Origin: Callorhinchus milii
Taxonomy: Eukaryota
DNA length: 64,000 nt
Assembly: GCF_018977255.1 (NCBI RefSeq)
Contig: NW_024704766.1
Location: forward strand, 3,906,001 to 3,970,000
Direction of reading: 5' to 3'
Positions within the stretch are counted from its first letter, which is position 1. Each line of letters opens with the position of its first letter. Shown one piece after another: positions 51,459 through 64,000 of the stretch. The translations under genes and the position numbers were made by a program. Below the pieces are notes generated by a model. It saw only the letters and a list, made by a program, of their open reading frames with translations. It did not search any database and was not told where the DNA came from.

Positions 51459-53365
51459 CTGTCGAAGAGCAACAGAACAGACGCATAATCAGAAGACGTG
51501 CAAAACAATCTCAACTAAATTCTTTTTTGCTACAAAAGATCTCCCCAGGAAATTTGGGTGGATGTTAACGTTTTCGTGAGGGAGCAAAGTGAAAACGGTT
51601 CTTCCAACTCATCAGTTCCCATGTTCTGCGCTCACATATGTAATTACAGGGAACTCTATAAATGAAACAACTTAAACTATCCATGCATTTGTCTTCAGTT
51701 CCATGTTATGCAGTTTAGAGTTTAAATCCACCAGATTTAATCGAAAAACGCATTCCATGTCAAAAAATTCAAATTATGGTGATCAATACTGTGGTCATTA
51801 ACCTCAAGGCTACTGTGTGGAACCTTCATCACCGGGTCACTACAAATGCACTCACTGCTTTGGGAAGGTGTCACCAAGATGCCACAAACAGCCTTGAAGT
51901 TAATGGCCAACTAATATGGAGGAGAAACTGCTGCTCCCTTTGAGTAGTGCTAAGGAATTGTAACATCCACCCGAGCTGCAGACGGAACGTTGTTTTAACG
52001 TCTCATTCAAAGGACGGCACCTCAGATAATGGAGGACTCCTCCATTACTGCACTCAAGGGTCAGCCTAGATTATATATGTTCCAAGTGCTAATGTGGAGC
52101 TCAGAGACGAAAGTGCTACCAACATGACACACTGACAAATAGCTTAAAAGCATTTTGTCTAGGTCACATTCAGAGTCGCAATCTGTCAAATATAAGTGTT
52201 TCAGACTCTTCTGGTGATCATAAATGAACCGCCAACAAGTTTTAGACATGTGTTAACTGGCGATCGAATCTATTAGTCATTAAACAAAACCTTTCAATAT
52301 AAAAGGATAAACACTAAAATTAACTAAACTCATGGTGTCTAAATGGTCTGTCCAACTAAACGAGGCAGAGCAATGTTTGCCACAGCCGAAGTGTGAAGTG
52401 TTTACACAAGAGTTTAAAACTCGAGATATGATCTTAACAATAACAGTGCAGCTTGACAGTTGTTTTGCAGATGGCAGGCAAAGTACTAGAACCACCAACA
52501 GAATATAGGATCAATTAACTTACTAAAGACCAGAGTACAATCACGCATAAGTTTTTTTTCCCTTAATCAGCAATAGGCTCCAGAAGGTCATGACAATTGA
52601 CAGCAATTACTATGAAGCGCCTTGAAATTGTTTTGACGTATAAGACCCTATGAAAAGCAGGTTCTTTCTTTCTTTACGTTCTCAGAAATACCGCTCCACA
52701 GGTTAGTTACAACAGTCTCTAATATGAGTGAGAGAATGCTTGGAACTAGTGAGATAGTTAGCTTCAAGTAGAACTTCGAAAGGCAGAAATTACTGTCAAA
52801 GAACCAAAACAACTTAAAAATCAGAAATATTGTTTATCTGAAAAAATTGGAGGAATGAAAAAGTTATCATTGAAAGTCATTGCAATGCTTTAATAATTTC
52901 AAGGATTTACTCCTGAAATTCTCTCAACGATCAAGGGTATTTCAAATAGGACTGCAGGAACCTGCACACTTATATTCACGGAAATAAATGATTTGGGGTG
53001 AGATACATTGCCTTAAAATGTACTCAATAATATATTTTTTAAAGTTTTGATGTAGTATCTTTAAGTCTAAAGTACTTGAAAAAACGAACCATTTTGAAAT
53101 GGCTGTTTTTATTGATTAAATACGTATCAGCGATAACCCACATATACAAATCTAATCAGATTCTCAAGATATGAACTTCCACCACTTATCTTAACGCTAT
53201 TACGGACACAACAGATTCCTTCTCCCCTACACATACTTCCCCTGTCTGCAGTTTGGTTTTGCGCGACAATCAGACGTACAAGCTTTGAGACAAAGAGAAT
53301 TTCGATATCTTATTTAACGATAACAGTCCTTTCAATTTACAACAAAAAAAACACAGTGCATTAAC

Positions 53366-53550
53366 CTGGCAGTAACTTCATCAGAGACTGGTAGGCTTGT
53401 TCTTGCGTCTGCTGTTTCTGTTCCTGTGACCTGACCGGCTTTGGCCATTTTGGCAGAGTTCCTCCAGGCCAGATAGCTTCCTGTAAAAGCCTGAGGTACA
53501 CAACCCAGTGTTGGGTGCACGTCAAGTTAGCAATCTGCACCTCAAGCCAC
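53366..53550 (-). CDS. SNX19: SNX19 internal coding exon (third-last; Nexin_C/PXC domain)
   Basis: Acceptor tttaatttctgcctgcag, donor AG|gttaat, 185 nt. Reads (R)WLEVQIANLTCTQHWVVYLRLLQEAIWPGGTLPKWPKPVRSQEQKQQTQEQAYQSLMKLLP, closely matching vertebrate SNX19 as I recall it (RWLEVQVANLTSPQRWVQYLLLLRESIWPGGVLPKFPRPVRTQEQK). Confidence 0.95.
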
Positions 53551-55010
53551 CTGCAGGCAGAAATTAAACGGTGAGCCAAGGCTGTAAAGAACATGTGCAT
53601 GACATTAGCTGAACAATTAGTAAGTGATCAATCATCCCCTGCGTGTATGAAATTAAATAGGACAAACAAACCCTTATCGTACATTCTTACATAAATATTG
53701 TAAAGATGCACATTTCAACTTACATTTAATGGATAAACAAAACAGAACGAGGGGAAAAAAACGGTTACTTCAGTGCAACTAATTTTTAAAAATATATGCA
53801 TCTCCCAACTGTAAGAGATAGATACTTAGGGTTGAGCAGCCATTTCAGCAACATTGAGAAGACAAAACATTATCCAAGTTATTTAAACATAAAGAAGAAC
53901 GTGGGAGCTCGCGTAAATGTTAAGAGAAACATTTAACATTTCCCTCTGGATCCTAATATCAGGGCCATACAACATATAGGAATCTCGCATCTCAAAAAGT
54001 CACCAACTCTACCCTCCTCAGTCACTTGGTCCTACTACTTCCATGATCTCTATACTGTTTTCTAATGAAATGTTGTCCTTTTCTGCAAAACAGCACAGTG
54101 GTTAACAAAGTTAACTCCAATACTCCAATGTTAGTGATGGTATTCGGAGAAAGTGTGGCATGATTTCCAGCTTTTGTGGTTATCGGGAATTCGAGGTAAG
54201 CCACCAACACATGAGATCAAATCTGCTCTTGTTTTTCCGAACCTAATTGCCCTATGAGGACAGACGTAACTACTGCAACGCCAGGTAATTTAAATGTACT
54301 CCAGGATTAGCTGTAAGAATAGCACACAACCATCTGATAACGTTTTGCAATGTTAAACTGAGAGGTATCTGAAGAAAATACATATGAAAGCCATTACTGC
54401 TCCCAGAAATCTTTTGCAAAGAATATTAACTCTGTTTCCAGCATAAATTTAAGGTTGGGCTTTCATTTTATCTGCAATCAGAGACGATATGTGAACGAGC
54501 TATGTACACAAACAGAAGCAATTAAAGTAAACACTGGGTAAAAAAAAATCTGGGTGGTCCAGTGATGAATCCAAACCTAACGGCTAATTAAGTAGCTCCT
54601 GTAACAGAGGTGATATGCATATTCTTTAGCATAAATGAATTGCATTTCTCTGGATCACCTAGATTTTAAGATAATTAGCGAATGATCACTAGAATACTGG
54701 GAAGTTCCTAGTTCAGTACAAAGGGATTGTTACTGAAATGCTGACCGCATAAAAAAACCTCTGCCTGCTGCAAACTTTAAAAGAGTCAAGACACTTTGAG
54801 ACTAAAGGACACTAAATTGCAGGGAAAAAGTCAGGATAAAATCATCGAGATTAATTACAATGATCATATAATCCTCTACAATTAAGGGTCAGCTTGGGTC
54901 AGTTACAACAGACTCGCGCATCTGGGTGAGAAGGCTGTGTGTTCGAGTCGCATGTCAGTACTTGGGGACCCTTTATAGGGCAGTACTCCATTGGGGGAAC
55001 ACTATGTGTT

Positions 55011-55230
55011 CATAAGAACATAAGAATTCGCTCGACGAAAAAGTCCAAGGTCCATCTAGTTCACCTTCCACCATCCTGGCAGTCACGTGAAATGTCGTGT
55101 CCCCACTGTACACTGTGTCCCGAGATATTATTTTCTTGCGGAAATCGATCTATTTGTTGTTGAAACAAATGACATTTTCTCCTTCCACTGTCTCCCTGGC
55201 GAGCCTGCTCCATAAATTTACTGCTCGAAA
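55011..55230 (-). mobile_element. CR1 3' end, same family as 20690-20917
   Basis: cataagaacataagaa tail, then aagtccaaggtccatctagttcaccttccaccatcctggcagtc, the reverse complement of the 20.85 kb copy. Confidence 0.8.
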
Positions 55231-58200
55231 CAGTCCCCTTTGCCAGTTTAGAGGGACTGTAAAGACCCCGCTGCATATGAAGTTTAAAATTTATGCGTTT
55301 GCATTTAAAAGCTAACTAAGCTCCTGACGCATTCCTTTTGCAGTTTTCAGTTCATTACAATCCAGGTTCAAACCTGATATAAACTGATTACAATTTCAAC
55401 TTTGTGTGTGTGCCCTTTGGTGCCGAACTGTTCATGTTTAAACCAGGGCCCCATAGTAGTAGGTGAAAACTAATGTAAATTACTGACCACGTTTCTTCAT
55501 TGAAGATTTCCTCCATCAAGCAATACATTTTCGGCAAAGTTAATAAATCTAACCGCAGTGGCCACAAATGTTTGACAACTTGTTTGAAGTAGTTCACCGC
55601 TTATTGCTTATTTTGGCTGCTGGATGTCAAACTGATGTGAACAATCCAATCGTTACTGATTTCTGATGCACAGCGCTTTAACTAGACGTATATTAATACT
55701 TGATATCCGCTTGACACCTGCTCCCTTTTCAGCTCGCGTACAAATGACATAAATGTCTCTTTTTATATAAAAAAACTAAACACTGGGCCGTGCAGTTAAA
55801 TCTCAGGGTCTAAATCGCAGCAGTCTCAAAAGGATTTGTAACTAACAAATCCCAGATGCACCAGAGATAGCCTGCTGCAACTCTTCTTGTATGTCAATTT
55901 CACAGAATTTGTAACTGAGATCAGCGTTCAGCAGAGATTTGGAGACACGAATCTCTGATATTCATGACTTAGCAATGTTTGCCGTCAAAACATAATCGTT
56001 TGTGTGCAAATAAATACACTGATAAAAATTAAGAAATACATCAAGACAAACTTCCTGAGCACAGACAGGTAATTATTCCAAAAATAAATGGGTCGCCATT
56101 CTCACTATCAGCTTCTACCATACACCATAATCCTTGCATTTGACAGCGCCTTATGAAGTCGTGGAGTGTCGTTGACTGTATATTTTGTAGGTGATTAATA
56201 TCGAATCACATCCTACGCAGATACTATGTTGATCAGATTTGAAGTCTAATGTATTTCAAATGGAAATTGAAGATACTTGTACAATTACTCAAAGCTCACA
56301 AAGAGTGTTTCACTAGAAATTGTTCTTAAACAATTCAAGTATTCAAGAAAAAAAGGTTGCACTTGAAATCTCTACAACAATCTAAGCACTATTTAGAATG
56401 GTTAATATCAATGGGAAGCTTCCCGCAGCAACACTAGTCCACTACACTTTGTCGACACATACATAATGTCTCAATACTTACTGTGTTTAAGCAGGCATTT
56501 CTTTTTTTGTTCATACTAGAATTTAGCTCCAACCGAAAACAAAAGTGGGTCTTTAGATCATGGTGAACAACTTGTCCTGCTTTTAGGATCCTTTATAGAA
56601 AACCACCTCCATTTCACCAGGACTTCGACGTCATTGAATTCAATTTGCAATCCATCCTTCTGATTTGCGTTCTTCTGAGCGAGTCGAGCTCAGATTTCTT
56701 TTATTAAAACCGATAACCTAAACAAAACCGCCCAGATACATCGCTGAACCCTTCCAGATGAAATCCTTTACAGTGTTCAAGCACACTCATTTTCTTCATG
56801 ATTATGGCTTCTTCCAGTTTGTTACTTAACAGAAAAACAATGGCAAAAACTAAGAGTTAAGAATAAAGAGAACAAGTGTTCTCCTCTGTGGCTTTCCTGC
56901 AATGTTGCACTATGTTTTTGAGCATCGTGCTGAAACGGATTGAATAATTTTTCAAACGATTTAAAACAAAGCCTTACTTTCTGCGCCTCGTCCTTTTTCT
57001 TCAAACATGCACAAGTCCAAACCATTCCTGTCTCTGGGTACAATTACTACTTACCTCAGGTAAGGCAGGCGATTAAGTTGGAAACATTTGGGCATTTTAA
57101 ACTCAACACCAAATAGCTGCTTCTATTCAAAAAAAATTGTAATATAGAGCAATGACATTTCATAATCATTGTGACAACTACTCTCGTTACCTCTAAGCCT
57201 GTTTAGACAACAAAGACAGGTTCAGAGGCCGAGCAAAGGAGGAGAGGTGACAGACCTAATCATTGAACTTCATGAACAGCTCAAATGAGTTTACTGATTG
57301 ATATTCATTGCATCCCAAGTTTTGTTCAGTGGCTCTGAGCATTTCTTAAAAGCCAGCTCACCCAATGGTTGCAAGATCACTACATGGGGAAGGTTCCACT
57401 TGAATATGACCTAAAAGGTCTCATTTGTTCTCTGAATCACTTCATATCTACTCACAGCAGTATTAGTCGGGGCAAAGAACTGGATTCAAATTCGAACCAG
57501 ATCAAAATTCAAACCTCACGCTTACCTTATAGCTAAGAGACATTCAAAGATGAGCTTTGGAAGCTCAAATGGCCTCAAAGAGGAAAAGATGCCAACTTGT
57601 GAAAATGTCTGATGAAATGTTTCTTTATTAAGAAACATATAGTACGTGTAGCACACAGTACTTGTCTAGCAAGGACCACTTTACGTGTTTAGGCTTTGTT
57701 TTGGATAAAGACAAGTCCGCTCTTCCAAATCTCCCCAATGAGCCTGACAGGATGATCAAGCACTAACATGAGCAGTCTAGTTTTGTCAAATTCAAAGAAA
57801 CTTTGCTTACTTCCAGGTGGATCTGTTTAGACATGGTACTGATCTATCAAAAGCAAACAGGGTGAAGGATTGAGTACAGACTGGGATCCAAACTCAACCG
57901 AGCCTTGTGATTGTAAGCCAGATCAACCAACTGTGTTATGCAGCATGTTTTGCAATTATCTAAATTTCTTCAGCAAGAAGGTTCTACAATTGCTGACAAA
58001 AACAGTTCTTTGGTTTCCAATCCTAAATCATTTAAAACATGGCAAGCTTCACGGACGCTGAGATAGATGCGTTCCATTCCCCTCACAATATGTTTCCAAC
58101 TCATTCTAACTTGCCCCATTTTCCCAAACTCTGTAGGCTCTAAAGTCGGGAGAACCTGCAAATGATAAATACTGATAGTAATCATCTTTGGGTCTTCCAT

Positions 58201-61200
58201 TCTGGGATGGGAATGATCGATCTGTGAAGCGCTTTGAGACGTCTCGAGGATGTGATACGGAGCTATATCAAATGCAAGGATTATTATTATCCTTTAGCTC
58301 TAATAGGATTGCAGTTTAAAAGCCGTACAAGATGCATGTTATCTTTTTATCAACAATTCTAAATATGGAGATGTTCATCCAACTATTGTTCATATTCATT
58401 TACATTCCTGTCCTTTCTGTGGATATATCAGAAGGTAAGTAGTTCAGGCTGATGTTGCATTTATTGAAACAAGTGTGCGTGACCTGGCATAACTTATTAA
58501 TGTCTCAAAGGCACAGAAAGCACAAGGAAGCAATTGTGCCTGCTACATCTAGCACTGATAATATCAGCTAAAGATTACGTAGTGGAACCTGGTTTTCATT
58601 ACTGTACTGTGCTTCAATATAGTTAACGTATAAATCTATTATAAAACACCTTGGATTACTGAAAACCCTGTAAACAGTTTGGCTGTTTGATTGTTTGATC
58701 TCAGTGGAACGTAGATGTTGAGTCAAACCCTTTTATGATGTCTAGAAACGGAAACTTTTCTTTGTTTCCAAACCCTCTCACCCAGCCACCCCCAAAACTG
58801 GCTAAAGCTACGTCTTGGTCTGAAGGGACACAAGATAAATCGCTTGATAAAAAGTAATTTGGTGATCTCAGAGTATCGAAGTAAGTAGGTTTGACTGCAC
58901 AATAACAATAACAAGGCTTTAGATTCCCAGAAGTGGAACAGAATTGTCGTCACTTTTCCGAAATCCTTTTAGATATCCACAAATGTAATATCCTGTCCGA
59001 AAGCCTTAATCGAGGCCATAACACAGGCTTCCTGTCGCCTTGAAAAAAATATGCAAATCAGGCCGGTCGTATATTAAAGGAAAAAAGCATCATTTCAAAA
59101 TAAAAAGACAAACTCGGGAAAGGATTTCTTTCTAATTTCTATTATTTCTATTTCCTTGAAGCTGATAATACCACCACGATTTTTGTTGTCATTTATGTCT
59201 CCCGATTATAAAGGCGAAGCACATATTTAGGAAGCAACGGTAATGAAATTTGATGAATCAATTAGATACTCAAAAAGAACATAAAGAAATAGTGCTAAAC
59301 TATTTAAATAATCCAGTCAAAAATATAAGCAAATAACAGTGACTGATGGCACAGAGAAGGGGATTTCTCCCAGACAAAAAATCCACCAGATAAAATTGGC
59401 CATTCACTTGATGGCTGTTTGCTCTGTATCTTTACCCTACAAATTCACAGTCACTGCAATTTACAGTAAAATCATTTGAAGTGATCCGAGATATTTTGAC
59501 AACACGATAAGATGCTATATCAAATGTCCTGAAGCCAATTTCTAATGAAATGCACTGGTTCAGAATAATTTATAGACTGTGATTAGGCATTAACTGAATT
59601 AACAGGAACACGAGGGGGAAAGAAGAATTACGCGGCCAGAGAGCAGTGTTATGTTATTTACATTACCAGAAGTTTCAGAATTAATATTTCCACGTATTAT
59701 TTAGTCAGATTTTTTATCTTACAGAAATCTACTGATGTCTGTCTAGACGTGAAAAATGTGGCATTTCTGATTCAGCTCAGTAAACACTTCAACTCGCCTG
59801 CGCATTTTCTGCACCTTCAGCTTTCCAGAGCTTTACTGCCAGGTTTTCACCGGAATGTAAATGACAAGAAATTTATTAGTTCAAAGATGGTCCCCAAGTC
59901 CACGAGACCCCTTTCAGACTCTAACAAACATTATTCACACTATGCAAGGACTATTACTATTATTATTATGGAAATTATTATGGCAATGTGCACATGAGAT
60001 ATTTGTAATAATTAAAAATGTTCTCTGTTAAAAAGACATGAGCAAAAATGACCTTCTCCTATTAGCTTTTTTTTAAAACAAAGGCAAATTAAAAATATGT
60101 ACTGAGATGGTCAAGAAATTTCTTTATTTTGGCACAAACTAGTGCCAAGGCTTTATTTTGATTATTTAAACATGGACTCCACAACCACAAGATATAAAGG
60201 AGAACTATTTACACCGCAATAAGTTGCATCAGAACATTTTAATTGATGAAACATGGGTCCCAATAACAGAGGCCATATTTAACTCTAATAAAACAGTCAA
60301 GATTTCTTCAACGGTGGGTTATTTTCTAAGAAACATTATTCTGAGTTGAAGAGTTCCTTTTCCTCACGATATCTGGTACTAATTTCTAAAGATCGAAATT
60401 CCAGGAGTTAAAAGAGTTGATGGATTTTCTTTTTCTCACCAGTTCATTTGCGCTCAAATATTCTGATGGAAGCTGTCTGCTTCTTCCCTGGAAACGTGAT
60501 TCAATCCGACTATTAATTTGCAAGCTATTTGAACCTAGCTCTACACAGGACACGAGAGTTGGCGAAGCTTCCACACAGTTCAACGGGTCAAAAATACTTT
60601 ATCGCATATATGGCACGGTCATCTGTGAAACGTACAATGTTTTGGCAAATGCCACTTGTGGGAAGTACAGAAAAATAGCGCATTAATAGAGGTCGAGAAC
60701 TTGCATGCCTAAATATCATACATGGCATTTATTAAAATCTCTTGCAACTGGGAATGGCGAGATGCAAGTTCTTGCCTTTTAGCTATGGCGAAAAAAATAT
60801 CATCTCCCCATGTTCTCACCTACTTTCCTGAATGTCTTACTCAAGGTAGCAGATGATTCCATGGGGCACTTACAGCTCTTAGCACAGTAGATTAAGTAAT
60901 AATTCTGCGTATGGCAGCCTGGCGTGCTGGTTAGTTGGCTAGTCAACTGTGGTTCCAATCCACAGGGGCCATAAGCCAGGCCCAAACCATGTACTTCCCT
61001 TGTAAAACCTTTTGGGAGAGGCTGTACCTCATGTTTAATGGTGCAGAAACTGAAACGACGCTGTAAAAATCCCATTCCAGCTAATGAGAATTCCGAAACT
61101 CAGATTCTTGACGGATGACAGCTCCCCGAACATCTCCACCAATCAAATTGTCATGAAACGGTAAGGAAAAGATTGCCTTTTTCTCCGGTCACAGAAGGCG

Positions 61201-61710
61201 CCAATATTTTACCAGCTCTTATTGTGCTGGAGTTGGTGAATTTATTTTGAAGAGAAACTGATTTTTGTGTGCACGCTCACATAAACAGAGACACACATAC
61301 AAACTGAGCACCAGCCAAGTCACACAAGGTCCATTTATTGCCTCATAAATTTAGAAACTCCCAACACATGTTGCTTAATTATTTACAAACCCACGCTGGA
61401 TATTTTGCTTGGACAACAAAATAACTAGCAAGGTCTCAAATTGAGGCGGTATTTTTCGGTTTGCCATTTACTGGTTCCAGTCTTATTATAAAACATTAAC
61501 TGGAAACGTTTGCTAGGATGGGTGGCTGAGACCAAGATACTGGATCAGTTTTAGAAAATCTTGATGCTGGCTTGAGAGGACAGTAGGGCGAGACGAGGAT
61601 GACACAAAATGGGCTGTTTTCACCCAAATTAATCTTCCTCTAAGTGGATTTACCTCGGTTTCAGTAGGAGACTGTAACAGTCCAATTCCTTTCTTCTTAT
61701 TCATTCATTC

Positions 61711-61845
61711 CGTTCTGACGAAGGGTCATGGACCCGAAACTTTGACTCACTTTCCTTCTCCATAGATGCTGCCTGACCTGCTGAGTGTTCCCAGCAACTT
61801 CTCTTTTTGTTTCAGATTTCCAGCATCTGCAGGATGTTGTGTTTT
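61711..61845 (+). mobile_element. Penelope-like element terminal fragment with minimal hammerhead ribozyme motif
   Basis: CTGACGA-A-GGGTC-ATG-GACCC-GAAAC followed by agatgctgcctgacctgctgagt...tttttgtttcagatttccagcatctgcag, a repeat I recognise as common in chondrichthyans. Confidence 0.65.
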
Positions 61846-63423
61846 ATCCATTCTTCTTAGAGCAGAACCAATATAATAGAAGGAATCTCAAAGTGTTATG
61901 AATTGAAATGTGCTGTGTTTACGCTGACCACAGCACTGGCGATCAGGTAGTTAGAAGTGAATGTTGGGTGCAATCCCATGAATTTAGTGAAAACGTGATA
62001 ATATGTTTCTTCCAATCCAGTTACTGACCTACAAAGAGTCACATACAGCTCACGTCCTCTCACCCATTTGGACTTTCCAGGTTGAAGATACATCTACATC
62101 TCCAAGTCTGGATAGCTGTGGATCTAATCATAAGGTATTTTCCTGCTGTAAAATCAATATATAGATTTAGATAGCTGAATAGGAAGAAAGGGTATGGGAA
62201 CAAGCCAGGAGAATGGGTCAAAAAAGATAGTTCTTTCAGAGAGCCAACATATGGATCAAATGGTTTCCTTCTGAGCTGTAAACTCCGTGCTTAAGGGTAT
62301 CCAAACCAAACTGAGAATTCAATACCTCCCACCTACATGCGCAAGTTGCAGAGATACACTGTTGGAATGGAATGCGCATTCTCTCCCTGGAAGGACCGAG
62401 CCTGTTTACCTAACTCCGCAGAACGGCAGGAGCCAAGGCTTGGTGTTTGCTGGGGTAACTGTTGGGAATCTGACCAGCTAAACCTGCGTAGCTTGCCAAC
62501 GATATTACTGTCTGGAAAACTTTCCCGTTCAATGTTACCAACTGGGTCAAGCTGGCATCACTTACACAGTAGAGGTAAAACTTATGCCAAACACAATTTG
62601 TACACTGAATTATACAGTGCTGATTGTAAAAAAAAAGGAGTACTAGTATGGGAAAAGTCAACAATATGCTTTATCTTTACAAAAAAATATACAAATGAAT
62701 TAAAAGTGATGTAAAAGGGTCTAAGGAATATCATTCACAGCAATAGAATTGCCCGATTGACAAGTAAACACATTAGGACAGGGGAGAAGCATTATTGTTA
62801 AGAACACAGATATTTCTGGGGTATTTGAAACATCCATGTGATTTTAATTTTAGCTGAATATGAAACAGAAAAAAAGACTTTCATACAACAGACAAGTTGC
62901 TGGAAGCGAAACCTTGTCTTTTTTGGCTTTAGCGCTCATAAGTTGCGGCACCACTTGACTTATTGCGGTCTCAGTGATCTTAAGAAAACAAGCCTCGCTC
63001 TTGGCTCATTCAGATTGTGGTCAACTCCTGATCCCTTCCTTATGCAGAGGTAACTGAGCATTGTGCTGCGGGAAGTTTTACAACGGAGCTTGGAAATGTC
63101 CTGAACTTGCAACAGAGCTGGGAAATGTCCTGTATCTGCAGTTCAGGACAGTTTTCCTATTCTCACGTCACAAATGAACAAAAGAATCTTTGCATTTGAT
63201 ACGTGTTAAAACGGTCTGAAATGGTTTCACAAATAACTGCTGGAATGTTTAGTGACTGTATCTGTAGGCAAACGCAGCAGCCAATTTGCACACCTCAAGC
63301 AAGGGCCTACACACGGGGTAAGAAACAAGATTGATTGTCTTATTTGTCCAGTGCACACAGAAAGGACGTGGTTTAAATTGAATTCCATATATTTTTGTGG
63401 GGAAGTGGCCAAGTGCACATTAA

Positions 63424-63789
63424 AATAATAATAATCCTTGCATTTGATATAGGGCCTTATCGTGTCTTCAAGATGTCTCAAAGAGATTCACAGAATATAC
63501 TGTAAAGTGAATTGACTGTACATTTGGCGGGCGAAACGCGACAGCCAATTGCGCACATCAGCGTCCCACAACAGTCGTGGATTGAAGTGACCAAACTATT
63601 AGGTTTTTTTTAAAGCAATTATTACCCCCGGAAACGTGATCCTCCAATCGACTAACAAACGGGTTCCTACTTACTGCTAGGTAACCTGAGACATGTGAAG
63701 TAAGAAAACTTGGCCAACATTTCGCCCTTGCAGGATTCAGGTCTCTCGCTTGCGAGGCGAGTGCTCTGACCACTGAGCTACAGAACGCC
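63424..63789 (-). mobile_element. Near full-length copy of the same SINE
   Basis: Head ctgtagctcagtggtcagagcactcgcctcgcaagcgag, same body and (TTA)n tail as 23993-24382. Confidence 0.9.
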
Positions 63790-64000
63790 ATGATTCAGAA
63801 GACAGTCGAAATCTTTCATTTGAACCTACTACACTGTGCCTGCTCCATAAATAGATTTCTGCTGGTGAAAACATTAATAATGCAAAATATTTAAATTCCA
63901 CACAAAACGAAACACATTCACAATTTTCCTCGGCACACTATCAGACATGTAAAAGTGTATTTTATACCTGGCAATGAAGTTGAGCCAATTACTACCTTGC

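Larger units (their letters stand above)
47..63290. repeat. Dispersed short 3' fragments of the same SINE (more than 20 copies)
   Basis: Motif ccttgcatttgatatagcgccttatcacgtcttcgagacgtctcaaagcgcttcacag or its reverse complement at about 47, 1957, 2571, 5562, 8450, 8715, 9730, 12241, 14744, 15352, 18820, 22372, 23350, 31085, 31427, 34713, 45090, 48130, 49470, 50107, 56127, 58222, 59390 and 63185. Confidence 0.85.

Noticed and set aside
60386-60583. Minus-strand ORF with an internal gtgaga donor as an SNX19 exon
   Set aside because: No similarity to SNX19 that I can recognise and no convincing acceptor.
226-63791. Most ORFs in the supplied six-frame track
   Set aside because: Short, without recognisable domains, and many overlap SINE or L2 sequence (recurring [15 protein letters not shown] peptides). 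Only 53361..53600 (SNX19 exon), 29446..29925 (L2) and 32362..32559 (CR1) contain clearly recognisable protein sequence.
63961-64000. Minus-strand donor CCAG|gtataa as the next upstream SNX19 exon
   Set aside because: The phase-2 reading GSNWLNFIAR does not resemble the expected RLIFGTLVQR-like end; the exon probably lies outside the window.
1-64000. CRISPR array, operon or prophage-type system
   Set aside because: Repeats are dispersed, divergent retroposon fragments in both orientations, not regularly spaced identical repeats, and the gene is spliced.

Overview
Repeat-rich eukaryotic (vertebrate) genomic DNA, not prokaryotic. The repeat families (tRNA-headed Deu-type SINEs with (TTA)n tails, L2 LINE ends with (TTG)n tails, CR1 ends, LF-SINE-like and SacSINE-like relics) point to a cartilaginous fish, most likely a holocephalan such as Callorhinchus milii (inference). 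The only protein-coding gene I can support is the 3' end of sorting nexin 19 (SNX19) on the minus strand: three phase-compatible GT-AG exons (53366-53550, 51371-51458, 44583-44706) encoding the C-terminal Nexin_C/PXC region, followed by a repeat-free 3' UTR-like block with candidate poly(A) signals. Upstream SNX19 exons were not found and probably lie beyond 64000. Positions 1 to about 42600 look intergenic: dense retroposon fragments plus several unique blocks. Nearly all ORFs in the supplied track are spurious or repeat-derived. Best leads: a miR-34/449-like hairpin at about 11.2 kb, a Penelope-type minimal hammerhead ribozyme relic at 61.7 kb, a palindromic MITE family with one copy abutting an SNX19 splice donor, and a CAG|GTGAGT recursive-splice-like site at the midpoint of the last SNX19 intron. 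I cannot claim a new biological system from sequence alone. Repeat boundaries are approximate, read by eye, and family names come from recall rather than a database search.
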